Positions 33,165 to 43,313 are shown, counted from the first letter of the stretch. The stretch: 64,000 nt of DNA from an uncultured Desulfatitalea sp. (GCA_963668675.2 CAXXMB010000002.1:544001-608000); one strand, 5' to 3'. Translations and numbers: made by a program. The notes: generated from the letters alone by a model not told the origin.

Positions 33165-33350
33165 ATGAGTAAAATAGACGACGACCAAAACGGCGAGTGC
33201 ATCTCCGCCTTTATCCCCAAAGCCCTGTTCGAAAGGGTGGAGGTCATCTGCAAGTCCAAGGGCTTGAATCCCAAAGAGTTTATTTTCGATGCCATCAGTG
33301 AAAAATTGGCCAACATGCACAAAGAGAAACGCAAAAAGCCAAGACTCTAA
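33165..33350 (+). CDS. Small putative ribbon-helix-helix DNA-binding protein (61 aa)
   Basis: GAGG RBS; 'ISAFIPKALFERVEVICKSKGLNPKEFIFDAISEKL' strand-helix-helix pattern, basic tail. Confidence 0.55.
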   Translation: MSKIDDDQNGECISAFIPKALFERVEVICKSKGLNPKEFIFDAISEKLANMHKEKRKKPRL

Positions 33351-33428
33351 CCCTTGCTTTAACAGCAACATCCACGGAAAGCACTTAATGTGAAAGCTCA
33401 AGATGAATATAATCGATGAAATACCTGC

Positions 33429-33459
33429 ACTTCAAACTTCCTACTTTCCACTTTAAACT
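33429..33459. repeat. Degenerate heptamer tandem repeat (ACTTnnn)
   Basis: ACTTCAA ACTTCCT ACTTTCC ACTTTAA ACT. Confidence 0.7.
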
Positions 33460-33483
33460 CCGTCGCGAAGCGGCGATTAGGAA

Positions 33484-33512
33484 TTGACAGCCACTGTCGA
33501 TTCCATTAACAT
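33484..33512 (+). promoter_or_regulatory. Candidate sigma70 promoter with overlapping palindrome
   Basis: TTGACA-17 nt-TAACAT; GACAG-CCA-CTGTC overlaps the -35. Confidence 0.55.
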
Positions 33513-33749
33513 TATGTCATTCGTCACAGTGCAGTTTCTTCTCTCCTCAGCGGCTCCAGCTTAGACATCGAGCCCTTCGCGATATCTCTTTCAGATCGTT
33601 TTGCGAACCATTGGACGCCGGAAAAGACAAGTCTTCTTAGCGCCAACTCCTTGATCACGCTTTTGAATCAGTCAATGGCGAATGGTCACTGCTTGTGGCC
33701 CATCTTTCAACCATCCCGGCCGCCAGTGCCGGGGCGAAAGGAGGTCGTC

Positions 33750-33941
33750 ATGAAATTCAGCGACTTGTTTGTCCCCCGTTGGCAGAACTCCAACCCCAAT
33801 GTCCGTATCAGGGCGGTTGAGAGGATAAGCGACATATCCCTGCTCAGACAGTTGGCCGAAAAAGACGAGCATCCCATGGTCCGCGATATCGCTGCTGACA
33901 GGCTCGCAAAACTGGTTGCAACGGAAAAGATAACTGAATAG
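33750..33941 (+). CDS. Small HEAT-repeat-like hypothetical protein (63 aa)
   Basis: AAGGAGG RBS; 'NSNPNVRIRAV' and 'DEHPMVRDIAA' HEAT-like motifs. Confidence 0.7.
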   Translation: MKFSDLFVPRWQNSNPNVRIRAVERISDISLLRQLAEKDEHPMVRDIAADRLAKLVATEKITE

Positions 33942-34122
33942 GCGCTCCCAATTGCTTATTGCAGAACGACATAAAGGCAGCGGCAATGGTTGCCACCACG
34001 GCGCTGCGCCAAGGATCTGTTGCGTCCTGTGAGCCACGTCTTCTGTCATCGAGCCATTTGACAATATAGCCCCGATAGCGTATCTGCATCCAGCAACCTC
34101 CTAACGGACAAGGCCTGTACCC

Positions 34123-35445
34123 ATGGAACCCGAATTGATTTACAGCACGCCTTTTCTTTTTGCTTCACTCTCCATCTTCATCGTGGCCCTTTTCACTTTT
34201 GCAAAGCACAAAACGCAGGGTGCCTGGACACTCGTGATCCTCTGCCTGGCGGGCTCTTTATGGACGGCCAGTGAAGGCATGCTCTACCTGGGCTTCGCTA
34301 CAGAAACCAATTTACTGATCACCTATATCCAGTATCTGGGTATCGCCTCCATCATACCGCTGACACTGATCTTCATACTCTCCGTCTTCGGATTTCAACG
34401 GTGGATCAACCCAACCAGCGTTTCACTGCTCATGGCCATAGCCGCCTCTATCATACTGCTGGTTTGGACCAACCCATTGCACCACAAGGTCTTCAGCAGT
34501 CACTTTCGCATCGAAAACGGCCCCGTTCCAATGCTCGGACTGGAACACGGCTATGTCTGGTGGATGATCATCGGGTACCATTACGCGCTGACGGCGTTGA
34601 TGGGCGCCATACTGCTCTGGACGGCGATCAAATCTACAGGACACCGCCGCTCCCAGGCCATCGTCGTTCTGGCCGCCGTCGGTGTGGTCTGGGTGGCCAA
34701 CGCCGTTTACGTGACCGGCAAAAGTCCGGTACCCAATATGGACCTCGGGCCACTGGCGTTCATATTGGTAGCCATATCCCTGAGCTGGGGCTTCTTCAGA
34801 TACCACCTGCTCGATCTTCTGCCCATCGCCAAGGCGGAAATCTTCATGGCACTGAGTGACCCGATCTTTGTGATCGATGGCAAAAACCGCGTTCTGGAAA
34901 TCAATCCTGCGGCCGAAACGCTTTTCGACCTAAAGGCCTCCGACGTCATTGCCAGGGATATCGACCTTCTGTCCGGTGAGCACCCCCAATTGAAAGCGGT
35001 GGCCCAACCCTCCATCGCCGAGGCGGTCAGCCTGCAGTTGAATAACGAGAAGCGCCATTTCGACCTGCGCACATCCCTCCTCAAAGACAAAAGAGGAGAA
35101 CAGATTGGGCGGGTCGTAATCGTTCATGATATCACCGAGCGCGAACGGGCCAACGAGGCCACCCTCGAAAGCGAACGCTTGCAAGGTGTGCTGGAGATGG
35201 CCGGGGCCGTGTGCCATGACCTTAGCCAACCGGTCATGGCCCTGCTCGGCTATTCAGACCTGATCTGCAAAGCCATCACCGATGGCGACCCGCTATACAC
35301 CAAGGCCATCAAGCTCAGCGAGCAATCAAAACGCCTGAAGGAAACGACCCACAAGTTGATGCGCATCACCCGATATGAAACCCGCAAATATCTGGGCAAC
35401 ACCATCGTGGATATCGATAAGTCGTCAGCCCAGAACGAATCGTAG
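34123..35445 (+). CDS. HisKA_7TM + PAS + DHp sensor protein lacking the HATPase domain
   Basis: 7 TM N-terminus, PAS ('DPIFVID...EINPAAE', 'VHDITER'), H-box 'AGAVCHDLSQP'; ends with no N/G1/F/G2 boxes. Confidence 0.85.
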   Translation: MEPELIYSTPFLFASLSIFIVALFTFAKHKTQGAWTLVILCLAGSLWTASEGMLYLGFATETNLLITYIQYLGIASIIPLTLIFILSVFGFQRWINPTSVSLLMAIAASIILLVWTNPLHHKVFSSHFRIENGPVPMLGLEHGYVWWMIIGYHYALTALMGAILLWTAIKSTGHRRSQAIVVLAAVGVVWVANAVYVTGKSPVPNMDLGPLAFILVAISLSWGFFRYHLLDLLPIAKAEIFMALSDPIFVIDGKNRVLEINPAAETLFDLKASDVIARDIDLLSGEHPQLKAVAQPSIAEAVSLQLNNEKRHFDLRTSLLKDKRGEQIGRVVIVHDITERERANEATLESERLQGVLEMAGAVCHDLSQPVMALLGYSDLICKAITDGDPLYTKAIKLSEQSKRLKETTHKLMRITRYETRKYLGNTIVDIDKSSAQNES

Positions 35446-35496
35446 CGGCCGCCCCTTATCACAACAGGGTCGGCCCAAACCCGGTGAGCGTTGAGC

Positions 35497-36831
35497 ATGT
35501 ACCCCAAGATGATCTACAGTTCACCCTTTTTCATCGCCGCCCTTTTCATCCTCATCGTGGCCCTGGCCGCCTATCGCCGCCGTAAAATTAGAGGGGCCTG
35601 GTATCTGGCACTGGTGTGCCTGTCAGGCGCCGTTTGGGCCGCCTTCGAGGGCATGCTCTACCTGGGGCTGGGAATCGATGCGGATATGCTGCTCACCTAC
35701 GCCCAGTATCTCGGCGCTGCCCCACTTGTCACACTGGCGCTCTGCTTCTCTCTGACGGTCTTTGGCTTCGAGCACTGGATCAATCGGAAGACCACCGTCA
35801 TCCTCGTGCTCATGCCCCTCGCCATCCTGGTGTCGGCATGGACAGATCCGCTCCACCACCTCGTCTACAAAGACTACTACCTGATCGGCAGTAACCACAT
35901 CCCCATACGCGCGATTGAACGGGGCCCTCTCTGGTGGGGCATCATCGGCTGTCAATATCTGCAAGCATTGGCGCTCACTGTGCTTCTGGCATACATCGTC
36001 GCCACGTCGACCAGAGTACTTCGCGCCCAGGCAAGCATTATCCTGGCAGCCGTCGGTATCGTCTGGGGCATCAACGGCATCTACGTGACCGGCAACAGCC
36101 CGATGCCCCATATGGACATCAGCCCATTGGCCTTTATCCTGGTGGCCATATCCATGGCCTGGGGATTCTTTCGCTACCATCTGCTCGATCTTTCGCCCGT
36201 TGCTAAAGCGGAAATCTTCCAGGGAATCAGCGACCCGATCCTCGTCATCGACAACAACCACACCCTGATGGAACTCAATCCAGCTGCCGAGGCCCTCTTC
36301 GATATTCGTGCATCAGCTGCCATCGGCCGAAGCATCCTGCCGTTGATGGAGGGCCGGGCGGAGCGGGATACCGCTTCCGGCGAGTATCCGGATCAGTTGG
36401 TCCGCCTCTGGCACAATGGGGAAGAACACCCTTTCGAAATCCACACGACGCCGCTGCAGGGCAAAGAGCACACTCCCATGGGCCACATTATCATCTTCCG
36501 GGATATCACGGCACGCCAGAACGCAGAGCGCGCAGAGCGGCACAATGAGCGCCTGCAAGGGGTGATAGAGATGGCCGGGGCCGTCTGCCACGACATGAAC
36601 CAGCCGGTGATGGCCATGATGGGTTATGCGGAGTTGATGCGCATGCGAATACCCAAGGAGAATCCGTTGTTCATGCAAACCGCCAAACTCGCCGAGCAGG
36701 CGGAACGACTGAGCGAGATCAGCAAGAAGCTGATGAACATCACCCGCTATGCCACCAAAGAGCACCAGGGCCATCAGATCATCGACATCGACGTAGCATC
36801 TTCAAATAAGGAGAAGCAGATCGATCCCTGA
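35497..36831 (+). CDS. Paralogous HisKA_7TM + PAS + DHp sensor protein lacking the HATPase domain
   Basis: Same architecture; 'AGAVCHDMNQP'; clear tandem paralog of the upstream gene. Confidence 0.85.
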   Translation: MYPKMIYSSPFFIAALFILIVALAAYRRRKIRGAWYLALVCLSGAVWAAFEGMLYLGLGIDADMLLTYAQYLGAAPLVTLALCFSLTVFGFEHWINRKTTVILVLMPLAILVSAWTDPLHHLVYKDYYLIGSNHIPIRAIERGPLWWGIIGCQYLQALALTVLLAYIVATSTRVLRAQASIILAAVGIVWGINGIYVTGNSPMPHMDISPLAFILVAISMAWGFFRYHLLDLSPVAKAEIFQGISDPILVIDNNHTLMELNPAAEALFDIRASAAIGRSILPLMEGRAERDTASGEYPDQLVRLWHNGEEHPFEIHTTPLQGKEHTPMGHIIIFRDITARQNAERAERHNERLQGVIEMAGAVCHDMNQPVMAMMGYAELMRMRIPKENPLFMQTAKLAEQAERLSEISKKLMNITRYATKEHQGHQIIDIDVASSNKEKQIDP

Positions 36832-36867
36832 CCCATCAACCTCCTGAAAGCAAGGGGAGAGAAGCTA

Positions 36868-38034
36868 TCAAGCCGTTGGCCCTGCTGCATCGTTTGCAGG
36901 GAGGCGCAGAAGAAGAGCGGCAGCAAATATCATGAGTGCTGAAAGACACCATAAAGCGACCATAAAGCCGCCGGTCACGTCGAAAACCAAGCCCGCCGCC
37001 AAAGGCGCCAGCGCCGCTGGGACATTGGCCGAAAAGAGCATGCCGTAGACCCGGCCCACGGCGTCATTGCCCCATCGGTGAGCCACACTCGACGCGTAGA
37101 GCACCAGCACACCGCCATAATTGAAACCGGAGAGCACCGCAAAGAGAATCAGGCCTCTCTCGGACACCAAGGTCCAGGGGGCGAGCAGAAAGACTGTGGC
37201 CTGGAAGAGAAGGTTCGCGTTTACCGCAAAGCCGCCCCTGAAACGGTCAAAGAACCACCCCCAGGCAATGCGTCCGGCCGCATTGGCCAAAGCAAAAGCC
37301 GACACCGCATTCACGCCGGCCGCCAGACGCGATCCGGCCAACAGCTCCTTAAGGTTGGCATTGACCGTGAATCCCGCAGCCAAACCAAACCCCATGGCCA
37401 GATAGAGCAGGCGAAATCCGGGCATGGCGATGACGTCGCGCCACCCCACCCCGCGAGTTGCGACCGGCCGCCTCCCAGGCGGATCCTGCATGCACCATCC
37501 GGCAAGCGGGACCAAAACGACAAACAGAAGGCCCAAGACCTGGAACGTCTGGAAGGGCGTCATACCATAAACACGCATCAGATAGGCGCCAACCTGGCTC
37601 ACCAGGGCGGCGCCGCCTCCGAAACCGGCCACAGCAATCCCGGTCACCAGCCCCTTGCGTTCGGGAAACCAGCGGATGCACGTGGCAATGGGAACGATAT
37701 AGGCAAACCCTACACCGATACCGGCCAGCAGGCCAATACCCAGGACGGTAAAACCGAAATGGGTACCGCCCCATCCGGCCAGCAGCCAGCCGCCACCGAA
37801 CAGGAAACCGCCGGCAACCGCACAGCGCCGGGGTCCCAATCGCGGCAGCCACTGCCCAGTGAAGATCATGGTGAGGGGAAAAGCAAAGTAAAAGAGTGTA
37901 AACGGTAATTGCACCGGGCCCTGCAGCAGACCGGTGATGGTCTTCAAAGGTTGAACGTAGACCGACCAAGAATAGGTCGCCCCCAAACAGATCTGCATCA
38001 CCACCGAGGCGACAAGAATCACATAGCGGAACAT
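36868..38034 (-). CDS. OFA-family MFS transporter (probable lactate/monocarboxylate transporter)
   Basis: 'LGATYSWSV', 'RWFPERKGLVTGIAVAGFGGG', 'NAAGRIAWG'; directly downstream of ldhH. Confidence 0.85.
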   Translation of the reverse strand: MFRYVILVASVVMQICLGATYSWSVYVQPLKTITGLLQGPVQLPFTLFYFAFPLTMIFTGQWLPRLGPRRCAVAGGFLFGGGWLLAGWGGTHFGFTVLGIGLLAGIGVGFAYIVPIATCIRWFPERKGLVTGIAVAGFGGGAALVSQVGAYLMRVYGMTPFQTFQVLGLLFVVLVPLAGWCMQDPPGRRPVATRGVGWRDVIAMPGFRLLYLAMGFGLAAGFTVNANLKELLAGSRLAAGVNAVSAFALANAAGRIAWGWFFDRFRGGFAVNANLLFQATVFLLAPWTLVSERGLILFAVLSGFNYGGVLVLYASSVAHRWGNDAVGRVYGMLFSANVPAALAPLAAGLVFDVTGGFMVALWCLSALMIFAAALLLRLPANDAAGPTA

Positions 38035-38038
38035 GGAT

Positions 38039-40192
38039 TTACTTTCCAAAACGCTCGACCAACGCCTCAGCCAGGTGTTTTACTTCCATCCGCATCCCCT
38101 TGCGCTTTGCACCGCCCCGCAACTGCATCACGCAACCGGGACACTCAGTGATCAATATAGAGGCGCCGGTCTGCGCCGCATCGGCCAGCTTTCTGGAGAG
38201 TATTTCCGCTGAGATCTCCGGAAACTTAGCCGAATAGGTCCCCCCGAACCCGCAGCAGGTCTCCTCCTCCTCGGCCGCCACGAACCGATACCCGGCCCGC
38301 TTGATGATCGCTTTGGGAGCCGATCGAACACCCAGCCCCCGGCAGAGATGGCAGGGGGCGTGATAGGTTACCGCTGGCCCGGAAGCGTTGAACTCCGTCT
38401 CTGCACTATCGGAGATCTGGTCGAGCAGTTCGCTGATCGGGTGCACCTTAGCGGAAAAATCAGCCACGGCCCCCCCCATCCCCTTGTCACCGGCCAACAT
38501 TCGGGGATATGCCTTCTTCAGGTGGGAGGCACACGAGGCGCACAAGGTCACGATGGCATCGTACCGGTCAGGGCTCATCGCCGCCACGTTTTGGCGGGCC
38601 ACCTCCAGGGCGGCTACCTGCTCGCCCATCATCGCCACCGGCAGGCCGCAGCATGTTTGCGCCATGGGGAAATCCACATCAACGCCGTGGGCGGCCAGCA
38701 GTCGAACCCCGGCGACCAACTGCTCCGGGTAGACGAAGTCCTGGACGCATCCGGCAAAGAGAGCCACCTTAAGCCGCGGTGACGCTACCTTCTGCCGGAC
38801 CGCTGACCACTGGTCCCGAAACGAGTGTCTGGCAATTGCCGGCAAGGCGCGGAAATCATGCTGCCTCGAAAAGATGTGGGGCAGATGACGCAGGTATTGC
38901 GTCTCATCGGTCAACGGCCGCTGGGCCACTTGGGCCGATCGCAGCAAGGTATGAAAGAGGCGTCTGTGCTTCAGCACCAGCGACAGCATCAGGCTGGGCA
39001 GCGGGTGACCCTCTTCGTCCTGGATGCGGGCATGCACCTCCTTGATCAGTTGCGGTAACTCAATCCCGGCAGCACACACACTCTGGCAGGCGCCGCAGTT
39101 GATACAGTTCTGAACCAGGTTTCGCGCCTTGTCGCGGCCATGGAAAAAGTAGGTAACGATCAGCCCGATGGCCCCGATGTAGATATGGCCGTAGCGATGT
39201 CCGCCCACCATACGATAGACCGGGCACACATTGGCGCAGGCGCCACAGCGGACGCAACGCAGCACCTGGGAAAAAATCGGATCGGCGGCCAGAGCGCGGC
39301 GGCCATTGTCCAGAAAAACGATGTGCATCCGCTTGCCGTCCGCCACTTCGCCGCCATATTCGGTCGGGCCGGTGATCCAGGTGACATAGGAGGTCAATGC
39401 CTGCCCCGTGGCGTTGCGCGGCAGCACCCGCAAGATGGCGAGCGCCTCGTCGAGGGTGGCAACCAGTTTGTCCAGGCCGACCAGAGCGACATGCACTCTC
39501 GGCAGGGTGGTCACCAGGCGGGCGTTGCCCTCGTTGGTGACCAGGCCGATGGTGCCGGTGTCGGCAATGGCGAAGTTGGCACCGGAGATACCCATATCGG
39601 CCTCGACGAACTTCTGCCTCAGCTCGCGTCGTGCAACCTTTACGAGGCGCTCGATCTCAGCGTCCTGGTCCTTTCCGGTCACCTGGCTGAACAGGTCGGC
39701 CACCTGGTGGCGGGAGAGATGGATGGCCGGCATCACCATGTGCGAAGGGCCTTCGTGACGCAGCTGAATAATCCACTCCCCCAGGTCGGTCTCGGTCACC
39801 GTAAGCCCCTCCGCCTCCAGGTGGTGGTTCAGGAGGGTCTCTTCGGCCGTCATCGATTTGGACTTGATGATCTTCTCGACCTGGTTGGTGCGCGCGATGT
39901 CGGCAATGATACGGTTGGCCTCACCGGCGTCGGCGGCCAGATGAACCGTGATGCCGGCGGCCTCCGCCTTGGTTTTAAACAGCCGATAGAGCCGGTCCAG
40001 ATCGCCCAGGGCGGCATCCTTGATTTTCGCCACGCGGTCAATCAACGCATCCGTATCCATGCCGTCAAAGGCGTTGGCCCGCGAGGTACGGTAGGCCACG
40101 GCAAACTTGTCCATGGCTTCGCGCAGGAATCCGTTGCCCAGGGCCTGGTCGACCTCCCGACGATACGCTTTTAGCGTTGCAGCTTCCTGCAT
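38039..40192 (-). CDS. ldhH: L-lactate dehydrogenase large subunit (LutB/LldF + 4Fe-4S + CCG domains)
   Basis: 'KSKSMTAEE', 'ETDLGEW', 'PSHMVMPAIH', 'NEGNAR', 'CVRCGACANVCP', two CCG motifs. Confidence 0.9.
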   Translation of the reverse strand: MQEAATLKAYRREVDQALGNGFLREAMDKFAVAYRTSRANAFDGMDTDALIDRVAKIKDAALGDLDRLYRLFKTKAEAAGITVHLAADAGEANRIIADIARTNQVEKIIKSKSMTAEETLLNHHLEAEGLTVTETDLGEWIIQLRHEGPSHMVMPAIHLSRHQVADLFSQVTGKDQDAEIERLVKVARRELRQKFVEADMGISGANFAIADTGTIGLVTNEGNARLVTTLPRVHVALVGLDKLVATLDEALAILRVLPRNATGQALTSYVTWITGPTEYGGEVADGKRMHIVFLDNGRRALAADPIFSQVLRCVRCGACANVCPVYRMVGGHRYGHIYIGAIGLIVTYFFHGRDKARNLVQNCINCGACQSVCAAGIELPQLIKEVHARIQDEEGHPLPSLMLSLVLKHRRLFHTLLRSAQVAQRPLTDETQYLRHLPHIFSRQHDFRALPAIARHSFRDQWSAVRQKVASPRLKVALFAGCVQDFVYPEQLVAGVRLLAAHGVDVDFPMAQTCCGLPVAMMGEQVAALEVARQNVAAMSPDRYDAIVTLCASCASHLKKAYPRMLAGDKGMGGAVADFSAKVHPISELLDQISDSAETEFNASGPAVTYHAPCHLCRGLGVRSAPKAIIKRAGYRFVAAEEEETCCGFGGTYSAKFPEISAEILSRKLADAAQTGASILITECPGCVMQLRGGAKRKGMRMEVKHLAEALVERFGK

Positions 40193-40821
40193 CAGTCGTC
40201 CTCCATCAAAAGAATGTGAAGTTCCAGCGGCCCATGCACCCCTATGGCCAGGACACGCTCGATATCCGCCGTCCGGCTCGCGCCGGTGATAAAGGACAGA
40301 TAGGCGGCAGCCCCCTCCATCATCCCGCGAAGTTCGGATGTCAGCTGGTCTGCCGTGGCCCGAATTCTCGATATGGGCAGCAGGGCCACATGAATCTCGC
40401 TGATCATGCTGGCCAGACGCACGGCTTCGCTGCGCGAATCGATCACCAGGGTACCGGTTTCGGCAATGCCGTAATCGGCCAGGGTCAAACCGATATCGAT
40501 GCCGGCAAGATGGCGGCGTAACGGCTGGTCGGTCAGCACGATTCCCCGCTGATCACAGGTCTCTTTCAAAGTGCTCCAGTGGTCGACGGGCAGATTGGGG
40601 GCGGCCATGACCTTCTGCTGTTTCAGATCACAGAGCCGGTCGGCTTCGATCGAGAGGGGCTGTTCGCAACCCGAAGCGAGCAGTTCACACGCCTCCTTGC
40701 GCACGCACAAATCCACGGTGTACTCCAGAGCCTGGGCCAGACCGGCGACCCTGCCGACAACGGCAGAGACGGTCCGGGCACCGGCCTCGAATTGATGGAC
40801 AAGTTGATCGGATGATAACAT
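40192..40821 (-). CDS. lldG: Lactate utilisation protein (LutC/YkgG/LldG family)
   Basis: 'GIAETGTL', 'FITGASRTADIERVLAIGVHGP'. Confidence 0.88.
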   Translation of the reverse strand: MLSSDQLVHQFEAGARTVSAVVGRVAGLAQALEYTVDLCVRKEACELLASGCEQPLSIEADRLCDLKQQKVMAAPNLPVDHWSTLKETCDQRGIVLTDQPLRRHLAGIDIGLTLADYGIAETGTLVIDSRSEAVRLASMISEIHVALLPISRIRATADQLTSELRGMMEGAAAYLSFITGASRTADIERVLAIGVHGPLELHILLMEDD

Positions 40822-40889
40822 GCACAACCTCCACAGCTCTCTTTCCGAAAGTTGAGGGCGCTGTCATCCAAAGGTGGCGGGGACAGCTC

Positions 40890-42038
40890 CTATCCTTTAC
40901 GGCGAGCGGGAATGGTCACAATGCGTTCGCCTTCGAGAAGCGATATCGCATTTTCAGGGCAAAAGGCGGCGCACACCCCGCACCCGATGCAGTGATCTTC
41001 GGTTCTGCGGGCCTTGCCGTCCTCGCCGAGATACGCCGCACCGGTATGGCAATTCTCCACGCAGGTGCCGCACCCGGTGCACAGCTCCGTATCGATAACG
41101 GCCAAGTATTGGGTCACATTTCTCACCGCGGAGATCGAGTTATCCACCGAATTGCCGCAGCAGCAGCGGCAGCAGTTGCAGATGCTGGTCTCTTCCCGGC
41201 CGGTGTCGAAATTGGGGTGGTAGGCCTTGTGCACCAGACCGGCCGCCTCGGAGCGCCGCAGCACATCGATCGCCTCCTGCTTGGTGATCATGCGCGCAAA
41301 CCCCTGCTCCGAGGTATAACGCGCCGATTTGCCAAAGGTAAAGCACGCCTCCCGCTCGTCCGTCTGTTTGCACGGGCGCCCCAGCAGGTCCTTGTGGTGA
41401 CGGCAGAAACAATACCCCAGGGCGATCTCATCGAACTTGTCGATGATCGTCTCCACCTCCTGGGCCGGAAGGATGCGTTCCAGCGGCGCCTCGAACGACG
41501 CGTTGACCACAATCTTGATCCGGTTGCCCGTGGCCTTGTTCTCGGCAAAGGGGACGGTGCGGTCGACCGGCGGGGCCTTCATCAGCAGCGGCATGATCTG
41601 GTCGTAATTCTGTTGCACCAACTCGGAAAGCCCCTCAAAGAGCTGTCTGAAAAGCTCACTGATCTCCCGGCTGCGCTCATTGTCCTCGAGTTTCCCCATG
41701 AAGGTGTACTCAAACATCCCCACATTCAACAGGGGCAACAGACGATAGACCATCACCCCTGCACTGTTGGGTTGGTTGAAGATCACCCCACGGGCGGCAA
41801 GGGCTTTCGTCTTCTCGAGAATCTCCTCCTCCGTAAGCCCTGTGCTCTGCTTGAGCTGCTCCATGGTCTGCGACTTCTGGTCGTTAAAAACCGCCACAAA
41901 GTCCAGTTCATCTTCCATGATAAAATAGGTCAACAGCTTCAAGAGGGTGTCGCTGGTCGGAATGGGCGACCCGCCGGCCTTGCTGATGGCGGTCGCCACA
42001 ATGTTATACCTGTCGTCGATGCTCTTTTCCAGGGTCAT
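40890..42038 (-). CDS. 4Fe-4S dicluster protein with additional Cys-rich domain
   Basis: 'CFCRHH', 'ICNCCRCCCG', C-terminal 'CTGCGTCVENC' and 'CIGCGVCAAFCP'. Confidence 0.85.
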   Translation of the reverse strand: MTLEKSIDDRYNIVATAISKAGGSPIPTSDTLLKLLTYFIMEDELDFVAVFNDQKSQTMEQLKQSTGLTEEEILEKTKALAARGVIFNQPNSAGVMVYRLLPLLNVGMFEYTFMGKLEDNERSREISELFRQLFEGLSELVQQNYDQIMPLLMKAPPVDRTVPFAENKATGNRIKIVVNASFEAPLERILPAQEVETIIDKFDEIALGYCFCRHHKDLLGRPCKQTDEREACFTFGKSARYTSEQGFARMITKQEAIDVLRRSEAAGLVHKAYHPNFDTGREETSICNCCRCCCGNSVDNSISAVRNVTQYLAVIDTELCTGCGTCVENCHTGAAYLGEDGKARRTEDHCIGCGVCAAFCPENAISLLEGERIVTIPARRKG

Positions 42039-42118
42039 TAAAGATCTCCCGCTGATGTTGGACGCAATGGGATGCCGGATCCGTTGCAAGGGTTGCTGTG
42101 ATCTGAAATCACTATTGG

Positions 42119-42132
42119 CGAACGAGCGTTCA
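42119..42132 (-). promoter_or_regulatory. Palindromic operator candidate upstream of the Fe-S/lactate cluster
   Basis: Minus strand TGAACGCTCGTTCG, similar to TGAGCGTACGCTCA at 16931. Confidence 0.35.
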
Positions 42133-42258
42133 CTTTAGGACCTGAAAGCTCGATGAATCAACCCAATTTTCCCGTTGAAACGCACGGTGCCGGTAAAAAT
42201 CGATTCATACGCACTCTGGACCATCCGTTTTATAACATGTTGAATAAACGCCATCTCC

Positions 42259-43227
42259 TTATACGAAAACGCCTCTGACGAGGTAAGCGGTATACCCAAC
42301 GTAGCAGGCCAGGAGCGCTGCCCCTTCGAACCGGTTAATATGGCCTGGACCGCGAAAGCCATAGCCGACGGCGAACAGAGAGACCGTCAAGAGAGCCATG
42401 ACCAGTATGTCCCGCCCTAAAACCTCTGGCCCCACCTTCATCGGATGAATCGCTCCGGCGATGCCGACCACCGCCAGCGTGTTGAACAGGTTGGAACCCA
42501 ACACGTTGCCAAGAGCGAGATCGTGCTCTCCCTTTCGGGCGGCAATGATCGAAGAGGCAAGTTCCGGCAGCGACGTGCCGACGGCAACGACGGTCAGTCC
42601 GATGATCAGATCGCTGACGCCGAAACCGTGCGCGATCTCCACAGCCCCCCAGACGAGGAGACGGGAACTGACGATCAGAAGCACCAGACCGACCACCAAC
42701 CAGAAGGTGGCCCTGCGGATCGGCATGGCACGCACGGCCATCTCCTGTTCGATCTCTCTGCCAAGCGGATCGGCTTTTTTCCGCGTCCCCAGCCGGATGG
42801 TCCACGCCATCAATCCGCAGAACACCCCCAACAGAATGAAAGCGTCGAACCGGGAAATCTCCCCATCCCAGATCTGCCAGGCTGCCAGCGCCGTCATGAC
42901 GGTGAGAATGGGCAACTCCTTACGCAGCACCTGCGAATGGACGGCAATGGGACTGATCAACGCAGTGACGCCAAGGATCAAGGCGATATTGGTAATGTTG
43001 GAACCGTAAGCGTTTCCCAGCGCAATCCCCGGATTCCCCTGTAAAGCGGCCAGCGCCGAGACGACCATCTCCGGTGCGGATGTTCCGAAGCCAACGATCA
43101 CCATACCGATCAAAAGGGACGGCATGCCGAAATGGCTTGCGATGGAAGCGGAACCTTCTACAAAACGATCCGCGCTCCAGACAAGCAGTGCAAGACCAAA
43201 AGCAATGGCCAGAAATGAAGTAATCAT
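42259..43227 (-). CDS. yrbG: Calcium/sodium antiporter (CaCA family)
   Basis: Alpha repeats 'GTSAPE...GNAYGSNITN' and 'GTSLPE...GNVLGSNLFN'. Confidence 0.93.
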   Translation of the reverse strand: MITSFLAIAFGLALLVWSADRFVEGSASIASHFGMPSLLIGMVIVGFGTSAPEMVVSALAALQGNPGIALGNAYGSNITNIALILGVTALISPIAVHSQVLRKELPILTVMTALAAWQIWDGEISRFDAFILLGVFCGLMAWTIRLGTRKKADPLGREIEQEMAVRAMPIRRATFWLVVGLVLLIVSSRLLVWGAVEIAHGFGVSDLIIGLTVVAVGTSLPELASSIIAARKGEHDLALGNVLGSNLFNTLAVVGIAGAIHPMKVGPEVLGRDILVMALLTVSLFAVGYGFRGPGHINRFEGAALLACYVGYTAYLVRGVFV

Positions 43228-43313
43228 GCGGCTCGTAATTTTTCAAAACGGTTGGTCAACGTCGCGATCTCCAGTAGAAAAAGTCTTTAAGAAGGCAGCC
43301 CAATAAGCCGTGG

